64,000 bases of DNA, from the NCBI GenBank assembly GCA_002722515.1, contig PBMH01000007.1:2730-66729 (forward strand), given 5' to 3'. The position numbers and the translations under genes were made by a program. Positions 56,954-64,000 of the stretch are shown one piece after another. Source of the DNA: Alphaproteobacteria bacterium (GTDB lineage: Bacteria; Pseudomonadota; Alphaproteobacteria; UBA6615). The notes under the pieces are model-generated. The model had not been told where the DNA came from, searched no databases, and saw only the letters and a program-made list of their open reading frames with translations. How positions within the stretch are numbered: position 1 is the first letter of the stretch; every line of letters starts with the position of its first letter.

Positions 56954-57514
56954 ATGTCTGAGGATTACGCGCAGGTGCCCGTTCCGGATAATACTCCGAG
57001 CCCAGCCTATTTTGCTCATATCGTTCTTTACACGAAGAATGCACCGGAGATGGTGGACTGGTACTGCAAGGTACTGGGTGCAAGAATAACCGCGAATTCG
57101 AAAGGGCTCGCGTTTCTGACCTATGATGATGAACATCATCGGGTCGCCATCATTCAGCGTGATGATTTAGATGACAGGGTGCCCAACACGGTTGGCTTGG
57201 CTCATTTCGCATACACCTATCAATCGCTCGCCGAGCTAATTAAAATTTATGAGCGTCTGAAAGAATTTGAGATCGTACCCTACCGGCAAATTAACCATGG
57301 GCCGACGACGTCGCTGTATTACCATGATCCCGATGGTAATGCGGTCGAATTACAGACTGATAATTTTGAAAATGTTGAGGCACTGAACACATGGTTCGCG
57401 ACGGGGGCATTCGATCGCGAACCCATCGGTGTAGATATCGACATGGACGAACTGGTCGAGCGCTATCAAGCGGGCGAACCGGAATCTGATCTCAAAAAGC
57501 CCCGTCAGGACTAG
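56954..57514 (+). CDS. VOC-family protein (single-domain extradiol-dioxygenase/glyoxalase-like)
   Basis: FAHIVLYT...HHRVAI...GLAHFAYT...SLYYHDPDGNAVEL. Confidence 0.65.
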   Translation: MSEDYAQVPVPDNTPSPAYFAHIVLYTKNAPEMVDWYCKVLGARITANSKGLAFLTYDDEHHRVAIIQRDDLDDRVPNTVGLAHFAYTYQSLAELIKIYERLKEFEIVPYRQINHGPTTSLYYHDPDGNAVELQTDNFENVEALNTWFATGAFDREPIGVDIDMDELVERYQAGEPESDLKKPRQD

Positions 57515-57545
57515 CGCGGTACTGAGCTAAAGTTAGGAGATACCA

Positions 57546-58556
57546 ATGGGAATGCTGGTCGACGGTGCCTGGATCGATAACGATGCCACGGCACGTGAAG
57601 TTGCGACGGATGGAAAGTTCCAGCGTACCGAAAGCCAATTTCGTAGCTGGGTGACGGCTGATGGCTGCCCTGGGCCCACAGGGGATGGTGGGTTCCTGGC
57701 TGAGCCGGGGCGTTATCACTTATATCTGGCCTACACTTGTCCCTGGGCTCATCGCGCTCTGATCTTCCGTGCGATCAAGGGGCTCGACAGTGCCATCACC
57801 GTATCCATGGCCCAGCCGGGACGCCACGAGCAGGGCTGGACCTTTGCCGACAATCCCGACTTCCCCGACTGCCCGCCCGATCATGTTAACGGCTTCAAAC
57901 ACCTGCATCAGGCCTATACCGCCTCTGAAGTTGATTACACGGGAAAAGTCACTGTGCCGACCCTGTGGGACAAGCAAACTAGCCAGGTGGTGAATAATGA
58001 ATCCTCCGAGATTATCCGGATGTTCAATGTAGCGTTCGATGCTTTCACCAATGCAACGGAGGATTATTACCCCGCCGATCTGTGTGCCGAGATCGATACG
58101 ATCAACGCGCGTGTCTACCACACGGTGAACAATGGCGTGTATCGCGCCGGCTTCGCTTCGTCCCAGGAAGCGTATGAGGAGGCGGTGGTAGCGCTGTTCG
58201 ACACCCTAGACGATCTTGAGAAACTGCTCGGGACTCAGCGTTATCTCGTTGGCGATCGGCTGACCGAGGCTGACTGGCGGTTATGGGTCACCCTAATCCG
58301 CTTTGATGCCTGCTATGTGGGCGCATTCAAGTGTAACATCCGCCGGATCGCCGATTACCCGAACCTTACCAACTTCACCCGCGAACTATACCAGATCCCG
58401 GGTATATCCAAGACCTTCAGCTTCGGCTACGCGAAGTTGAACTATTACGGTATCGAGCGGGTGAACCCGAACGGCATCATCCCAGTCGGGCCGGAAGACC
58501 AGGAAAGCTTCTACAGCATGCCCCATGACCGGGACCGGTTTCCGGCAGCCGACTAG
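57546..58556 (+). CDS. Xi-class glutathione transferase / glutathionyl-hydroquinone reductase (YqjG-like)
   Basis: GRYHLYLAYTCPWAHRALI (CPWA active site), length about 330 aa, VPTLWD. Confidence 0.8.
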   Translation: MGMLVDGAWIDNDATAREVATDGKFQRTESQFRSWVTADGCPGPTGDGGFLAEPGRYHLYLAYTCPWAHRALIFRAIKGLDSAITVSMAQPGRHEQGWTFADNPDFPDCPPDHVNGFKHLHQAYTASEVDYTGKVTVPTLWDKQTSQVVNNESSEIIRMFNVAFDAFTNATEDYYPADLCAEIDTINARVYHTVNNGVYRAGFASSQEAYEEAVVALFDTLDDLEKLLGTQRYLVGDRLTEADWRLWVTLIRFDACYVGAFKCNIRRIADYPNLTNFTRELYQIPGISKTFSFGYAKLNYYGIERVNPNGIIPVGPEDQESFYSMPHDRDRFPAAD

Positions 58557-58567
58557 AGGGAAACGCG

Positions 58568-58960
58568 ATGATCGATAAGGAACTCTTTGAGAAGGGGTCG
58601 CAGATCCGCCGCGAAGTAATGGGCGATGAGCGCGTTGACGCTTCCATGTCCAATCTCGACGACTTCAACCGCGACTTCATGGAGCAGTTCATAACCGAGA
58701 TGGCCTGGGGTGCAGTATGGGGTAGGGACGGGCTGACGCGTCAGCAGCGTAGCCTTCTAAATCTCGGGATGCTTGCCGCGCTTGGTCGGATGACTGAGTT
58801 CGAGGGCCATTTCCGTGGGGCTATCAACAACGGGGTGACCCGAGAAGAACTGCGTGAGGCCTTACTGCAAATCACCATGTATTGCGGCGCGCCTTGCGGT
58901 ATGGAAGCCTTTCGGGCCGCTACTAAAATCCTGAAGGAAATGGATCTGGCGTCGGACTAA
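58568..58960 (+). CDS. Carboxymuconolactone decarboxylase family protein (PcaC-like)
   Basis: AWGAVWGRDGLTRQQRSLLNLGMLAALGR..E...H...A..NGVTREEL.E.LLQ...YCG.P. Confidence 0.8.
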   Translation: MIDKELFEKGSQIRREVMGDERVDASMSNLDDFNRDFMEQFITEMAWGAVWGRDGLTRQQRSLLNLGMLAALGRMTEFEGHFRGAINNGVTREELREALLQITMYCGAPCGMEAFRAATKILKEMDLASD

Positions 58961-59069
58961 CGAACCGACCATATAAGTTAGCACGACCTATCGATACTAA
59001 CGCTCCTTGGATAATGCGGCGCACCGGTTCAGCATGACCCTCTCGCAGAAACTCGTCTGTTAGGGCTAA

Positions 59070-59546
59070 CTAGAGAATTTCATAGACCTTGTAGACGGGC
59101 CCCTCGGGGAAGCGATGGCCCGTTGCTACGGCGACGATCCGGTTCAACCAGTCATACTTGTCCGACCCAGTCTCGAACCAGGGAGTATTACGGAAGTAAT
59201 ATTCCGATGGATCGACCGGCTCGCTCTTGGCGAGCCGGTCGAGCACTTCCTGCGGTCCGTGACGAACGCCACGGTAGGTCATAAGGATATGGTGATTGTC
59301 GTCGGTCACTAGCGTCAGGCGCACATCCATCTGCCAGGTGCCGTCATTACGGATAAGAATCCAGTCACCTGCGGGGATTGGCGCAACGGTACCATTCATC
59401 TTTGGCCCCTCGAACGTACCGCCGTTGATGCCGGCGATTATCCGTGTGCCGTAGGGCGTGTTCTCGAGAATGGTTGGCGTGGCCACGTTGAACTTGGCCG
59501 TGAAAAGATGCTCGCCCCGCAATTTGGGGAGTTCGATTTCACTCAT
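59070..59546 (-). CDS. DUF3237 (UPF0311) protein
   Basis: GGTFEGPKMNGTV.PAGDWILIRNDGT...D.R.TL.TDD...I.M.Y.G. Confidence 0.65.
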   Translation of the reverse strand: MSEIELPKLRGEHLFTAKFNVATPTILENTPYGTRIIAGINGGTFEGPKMNGTVAPIPAGDWILIRNDGTWQMDVRLTLVTDDNHHILMTYRGVRHGPQEVLDRLAKSEPVDPSEYYFRNTPWFETGSDKYDWLNRIVAVATGHRFPEGPVYKVYEIL

Positions 59547-59651
59547 GCGATTTTCCGTGTTTGATAATGAATTTAGTGCCGCTCATGTGTGATTGAATCT
59601 GGCCTGAGCTGTGCGTCATACTTGCATCGGATTGTGTCCAGCGTTGGGCGC

Positions 59652-59894
59652 TCAGGTAAATGCCTTGAACGTGAGTGTTGTGAAGGTATCGGTTACGCCG
59701 GACAGGGTCTGTATATCGTTGGTGATGAAATGGCCGATGTCCGCATCATCGGTCAGGTAGCATTTGAGTAGAAGATCGAATTGACCCGATGTGGAGTAGA
59801 CTTCCGAGACCTGGTCGATACTCAGCGCCGCCTCGTCAGCCACGTCATACGCGCGGCCCAGTTCGCATTTCACCTGAACAAAGATTGTCTGCAT
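59652..59894 (-). CDS. Stand-alone Lrp/AsnC-type ligand-binding (RAM) domain protein
   Basis: 80 aa. VEVYSTSGQFDLLLKCY-type pattern with no HTH domain. Confidence 0.6.
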   Translation of the reverse strand: MQTIFVQVKCELGRAYDVADEAALSIDQVSEVYSTSGQFDLLLKCYLTDDADIGHFITNDIQTLSGVTDTFTTLTFKAFT

Positions 59895-59929
59895 GGAATT
59901 ACCGTTCGTTGCGGGAGTGTCTTGGCAGA

Positions 59930-61396
59930 CTAGCGTAATAGAAACGCGGGGGTCTCGTCTTTCCCGAATGCAAGGTCCCCGTCATCTTCACGGTTATCCT
60001 TTTGCTGCCTTTGCTTCTTAGCTGGTTCATTGGCCTTTGTATTGCCACGTACAGGCTCGCTCGGCGCTTTTGGTTTGCGTGCCTTGCGGGGCTTCGTGTC
60101 GTCATCTTTCGAAGCCGGCGATACTAATTCATTCTCGGTTTCTGGCTTCGTTCCTGGTCTAGTCCGGTAGCTAGAATTCCTGCGGCTGCGTCGGCGACGC
60201 GGGCGCACCTCTGCATTTTCGTCGTTGTTCGCCTTCCCCTCGGGCTTTTTGCCATCGTCGTCAGTTGAGTCCGGTGCGCCTTTAAAAATAGGTGGGATGG
60301 GTTTGCCTAATAGCCGTTCGACGCCACCCAAGAACTTCGCATCGTCCCGGGTCGTCAGCGTGTAGGCGTGACCCTCATTACCGGCACGTCCGGTCCTGCC
60401 AATGCGATGGATGTAATCCTCTGCATGCATGGGCACATCAAAGTTAAACACGTGACTCATGTTGGGAATATCTAGCCCGCGAGCTGCGACGTCGCTGGCT
60501 ACGAGAAGTTCAATATCACCGTCCCGAAACTTTGCTAGGGTTTCCATGCGTGAGCTCTGGTGCATGTCGCCATGCAAGCCGGCGGCGTTAAAACCATGGT
60601 TGCGCAGCGACTTTTCAAGTGTTGCGACGTCGCGCTTGCGATTGCAGAAGACGATGGCATTTTTGACTTTACTCTCGCGGATCAAACTTCGTAGCGCCGC
60701 ACGTTTTTCTTTAAAACCGCCGTTCACGCGCAAAAGGCCCTGAATTACGGTGTCTGCCGCGGACGCTTGGCGGTCTACCTGCACCGTACGCGGGCTCATC
60801 ATGTAGGAATCGGTTAGCCGTTTTATTTCCGATGGCATCGTTGCGGAGAACATCGCTGTCTGGCGGATCTGCGGCAGTAGCTTGATGATGCGTTCCACAT
60901 CGGGGATAAAGCCCATGTCCAGCATCCGGTCTGCTTCATCCACGACCAGTACCTTTATATCGGCCAGAAGCACCTTTCCGCGCTCAAAGTGGTCAAGGAG
61001 CCGGCCAGGGGTCGCGATAAGGACGTCTACCCCTCGGTCGAGCTTGTCTTCCTGGTCGGAGAAGGATACGCCTCCAATCAGCAGCGCCATACTCAGCTTA
61101 TGGTTCTTGCCATAGACCTCAAAGTTCTCGGCGACTTGTGCCGCGAGTTCTCGCGTCGGCTCTAGGATCAGGCTGCGCGGCATCCGAGCGCGGGCCCGTC
61201 CGGTGGATAGAATTTCTATCATCGGTAGAGTGAAACTGGCGGTTTTTCCGGTACCTGTTTGTGCAATACCGATAATGTCGCGTCCCATAAGAAGATTTGG
61301 AATCGCTTCCGCCTGGATGGGTGTGGGGCTCTCGTAACCCGCCGAACCAATGGCGTTTAATAGTGGGTCGCTGAGACCCATTTCCTTAAATTGCAT
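59930..61396 (-). CDS. rhlE: DEAD-box ATP-dependent RNA helicase with a basic C-terminal tail
   Basis: PTPIQ, AQTGTGKT, VVDEADRMLDMGF, SAT, HRIGRTGRAG. ATG at 61394..61396 gives the typical MQFKEMGL start (the ORF extends to 61681). Confidence 0.9.
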   Translation of the reverse strand: MQFKEMGLSDPLLNAIGSAGYESPTPIQAEAIPNLLMGRDIIGIAQTGTGKTASFTLPMIEILSTGRARARMPRSLILEPTRELAAQVAENFEVYGKNHKLSMALLIGGVSFSDQEDKLDRGVDVLIATPGRLLDHFERGKVLLADIKVLVVDEADRMLDMGFIPDVERIIKLLPQIRQTAMFSATMPSEIKRLTDSYMMSPRTVQVDRQASAADTVIQGLLRVNGGFKEKRAALRSLIRESKVKNAIVFCNRKRDVATLEKSLRNHGFNAAGLHGDMHQSSRMETLAKFRDGDIELLVASDVAARGLDIPNMSHVFNFDVPMHAEDYIHRIGRTGRAGNEGHAYTLTTRDDAKFLGGVERLLGKPIPPIFKGAPDSTDDDGKKPEGKANNDENAEVRPRRRRSRRNSSYRTRPGTKPETENELVSPASKDDDTKPRKARKPKAPSEPVRGNTKANEPAKKQRQQKDNREDDGDLAFGKDETPAFLLR

Positions 61397-61521
61397 ATTG
61401 CTCGTCTGCGTTGAAATCGCGGCCATAGCGCGCGTTGTTCGGAAAATGATCCGGAAGCGTCTGAAAGTCCAGTGATTCCATAGGGTGTTGCATGGATTGG
61501 TGGATTCTGAAAAAACGGAGT

Positions 61522-63525
61522 ATGGACGAAACACCAAGTGATCTGGACCACATTGTCGCCGATGCGCGCCAGCGCCATCGCGCTGGTGAACTAGATGCGG
61601 CCGCTGAACTCTATGAGTTGATTCTTGCGCAGTTGCCCGATCATCCGGAAGTTCTGCAGTTGAAAGGTATCCTGGTTGCACAATCGGGTGAGATGGGGAA
61701 AGGCCTTGAGCTGCTCGAACGAGCTGTTGAGTTGGCGCCGGAGAGTGGGCCGATTCGTGCTAATCTGGCCAAGCTGCGGCTTGATCTCGGTGATGTTATA
61801 GGCGCCATTTCGGCCTATGAGACGGCCCATGCGTGTGATCCGAACAATCCGGAGATCGCATTCAATTTAGCTGGGGCTTTGGTCATGTCGGGCCGGCAGG
61901 CCGAGGCGATCGCTTGTCTAGAGTCAACACTGGACGTAGCCCCCTGCCACCCGGGCATTCTGGCAAATCTCGGTAACCTCTACCGCCAGAATGGTCGATA
62001 CGAGGAATCCCGGGATCTATTAGAACGCGCCGTCAAGGCTGCACCGGATGATCCCGAGATGCTTCACAGTCTTGGTGTGACCCTGTCCTCGCTGCGCGAA
62101 TATGAAGGTGCGTCGGCGTGTTTTCGAGCGGCGCTGGGCGCTGATCCTGGATTTATTAGGGCCGCCGCACAGCTGTTTTTCGCTGGGCTACACGCATGCG
62201 ACTGGTCGGATTATTCGAATCTCGTCGAGAATTTCCGGCGCTTGCTCTCCGCTGACCCAAAATTAGTTGCTGAGTTATCGCCATTTATCGCCCTTTTTTT
62301 ACCCTTCTCCCAAGACGAATTGAATCTGATTGCTACCGCGCGGGCGAGATTGTCTTCCATCTCTGCGGGGGAGCGTACGGTAGTACCGCCAACGCCCGAG
62401 CGCCTACGAATCGGTTACTTGTCTGCGGATCTGGGGAGCCATCCAGTCGGTCGGCTGCTCGCCGACGTATTGCCGCGCCATAATGCGGCCGAGTTTGAAG
62501 TGACGGTTTTTACTCTTTCGTCAGCGGATGGCAGTGAAGTCCAGAAGGCGATCCATTCTGGTGTATGTCGGATCGAGGATGTTTCTCGGTCGTCAGCAGC
62601 TGAGGTTGTTGCGTGCATCCGGGCGGCGGATATCCATATCCTGGTTGATCTGGGTGGATTCACGCTGGGAGCACGCCCCGAAATCCTCTCCGCACGGCTG
62701 GCCCCATTGCAGGTCGGCTGGCTCGGATATTGCGGGTCAATGGGGGGACTGAACGATGTTCTGCTAGCCGATCCGGAGGTGCTTCCGCCCGAGCTAGCAC
62801 CCTGTTTTCATGAGGCGGTCGCATACCTACCGGGTAGCTTCATGCCGCTCAACCGCTTTGATCAGCCGACCGCGAGCGCCGGCACCCGCGTCGACCATGG
62901 CCTGCCCGCGGAGGGCTTTGTCTACTGCGCCTTCAATGCGCCAGCCAAGATCGACCCCGAGACCTTTGCAGCGTGGATGGAGATCCTAGCTGCTGTCGAT
63001 GGTTCCGTACTCTGGGTTCGAGAAAATGCGCCGACAACATCCAACAACCTTCGTGCGGCGGCCCGACTTGCCGGTATCAATGCCGACAGGCTTGTTTTCG
63101 CGCCTACGGAACCGGAGATGGCGGATCACCTAGCGCGTCACTGTCACGCCGACCTGTTTCTTGACACTTTCGTCTATGGTGCCCATTCAACTGCCGCTGA
63201 CGCAATTTCCCAGGGTGTTCCGGTGTTGACCAGAGCCGGGCCGGCCATGCCAGCGCGGGTTGGTGCAAGCCTGTGCCGGACCTATGGACTGGGCGATCTA
63301 GTGGTCAAAAGCACCGCGGAATATGTCGCGACCGCGATTGCCGTAGCCGCTGACCATTCTCGGGCGGCCAACTACCGCAGCGTTCTGGTGTCTGTGCTTG
63401 ACACTGTCGAAACGAGCGAGAAATTTGTGCGCAAGCTTGAAAGTGCATACGAAATGCTCTGGCGCGCGCGTTGTTCGGAAACCTTAGAGCCCGGAACAAT
63501 AATCCCACCGGGTGACACATCATGA
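61522..63525 (+). CDS. TPR-repeat protein fused to an O-GlcNAc-transferase-like (GT41/SPINDLY-type) domain
   Basis: N-terminal TPR units. C-terminal RIGYLSADLGSHPVG...FNAPAKI...LDTFVYGAHSTAADAI pattern. ATG at 61522 follows ACGGAG. Confidence 0.75.
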   Translation: MDETPSDLDHIVADARQRHRAGELDAAAELYELILAQLPDHPEVLQLKGILVAQSGEMGKGLELLERAVELAPESGPIRANLAKLRLDLGDVIGAISAYETAHACDPNNPEIAFNLAGALVMSGRQAEAIACLESTLDVAPCHPGILANLGNLYRQNGRYEESRDLLERAVKAAPDDPEMLHSLGVTLSSLREYEGASACFRAALGADPGFIRAAAQLFFAGLHACDWSDYSNLVENFRRLLSADPKLVAELSPFIALFLPFSQDELNLIATARARLSSISAGERTVVPPTPERLRIGYLSADLGSHPVGRLLADVLPRHNAAEFEVTVFTLSSADGSEVQKAIHSGVCRIEDVSRSSAAEVVACIRAADIHILVDLGGFTLGARPEILSARLAPLQVGWLGYCGSMGGLNDVLLADPEVLPPELAPCFHEAVAYLPGSFMPLNRFDQPTASAGTRVDHGLPAEGFVYCAFNAPAKIDPETFAAWMEILAAVDGSVLWVRENAPTTSNNLRAAARLAGINADRLVFAPTEPEMADHLARHCHADLFLDTFVYGAHSTAADAISQGVPVLTRAGPAMPARVGASLCRTYGLGDLVVKSTAEYVATAIAVAADHSRAANYRSVLVSVLDTVETSEKFVRKLESAYEMLWRARCSETLEPGTIIPPGDTS

Positions 63526-63560
63526 GCTACGCAGATTTTCGTGATTGTTCTATCTACTGT

Positions 63561-64000
63561 CTATACGTCCAGTTCAGATACAAATTTGGCATTTTCCTGA
63601 ATGAATCGAAAGCGCATCTCGGCCTTCCGGCCCATCAGTTGTTCGACTAGCTGTGCCGTGGTCTTGGCTTCGCGCGCCCGAGACCTGTCGGTGTCCGTTG
63701 CGCTTGGCAGAGCGACCTGTATTAGCTGGCGTTTTCTAGGATCCATGGTCGTCTCGCGCAGTTGCACTGGTGGCATTTCGCCGAGCCCTTTAAATCTACT
63801 GATTTCTACTTTCCCTGCGCCGGAGAAGTGCTCATCCATCAGGCGTTCACGGTCCAGATCATCAAGCGCGTAGACCACATCGCCGCCGCGTGCCAGCCTG
63901 TAAAGTGGGGGTACTGCTAGGTACAGATGTCCCTCAGTTACCAGCTTGGGCATCTCCCGATAGAAAAATGTCATCAAGAGCGACGCGATATGGGCGCCGT
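63561..64000 (-). CDS. parE: DNA topoisomerase IV subunit B, C-terminal part (5' end outside the window)
   Basis: LYLAVPPLYRL...RFKGLGEM...LMGRKAEMRFRFIQENAKFVSELDV. The ParE versus GyrB choice rests on the tail motif only. Confidence 0.7.
   Translation of the reverse strand, partial: GAHIASLLMTFFYREMPKLVTEGHLYLAVPPLYRLARGGDVVYALDDLDRERLMDEHFSGAGKVEISRFKGLGEMPPVQLRETTMDPRKRQLIQVALPSATDTDRSRAREAKTTAQLVEQLMGRKAEMRFRFIQENAKFVSELDV

Noticed and set aside
1-64000. Mobile elements, prophage, integrase, IS or defence islands (R-M, CBASS, retron, TA and similar).
   Set aside because: Reading all ORFs of 60 aa or more on both strands showed no transposase, integrase, recombinase, reverse transcriptase, large NTPase or nuclease signatures. 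The only candidate is the orphan MT-A70 gene, reported separately.

Overview
The window looks like chromosomal DNA from an alphaproteobacterium, probably a marine, gene-dense one. Supporting this, rplM-rpsI, argC and the aminotransferase-hom-glpX-recJ-tRNA-Glu run are arranged as in many Alphaproteobacteria. Packing is tight, with several ATGA/TGATG overlaps. The only regulator-like gene I recognise is a stand-alone AsnC-type ligand domain. I found no rRNA, CRISPR array, integrase, transposase or recognisable defence system.

The left ~17 kb is compositionally mosaic. It holds metal and envelope genes (copCD, a PQQ-dehydrogenase/cytochrome c fusion, bfd-bfr, pseudoazurin) and a strongly AT-rich five-gene operon: SPFH, NfeD-like, small ORF, orphan 446-aa protein, MBOAT. 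The remaining GC-rich part mixes housekeeping genes (metY, proVWX, typA, cspA, rhlE, parE) with catabolic clusters: guaD-xdhAB, a NicX-like pyridine ring-cleavage module, and a hydroquinone/aromatic-type module.

The observations most worth a second look:
- Two neighbouring envelope genes have their N-terminal signal or anchor segment cut off by an in-frame TGA.
- The AT-rich SPFH-to-MBOAT operon has no assigned function.
- A G-tract decamer repeat sits between Fur-box-like sites in the bfd-bfr intergenic region.
- An orphan AT-rich MT-A70 methyltransferase is wedged between rpsI and proV.

All functional calls come from reading the translated ORFs against remembered family motifs. No database search was run.
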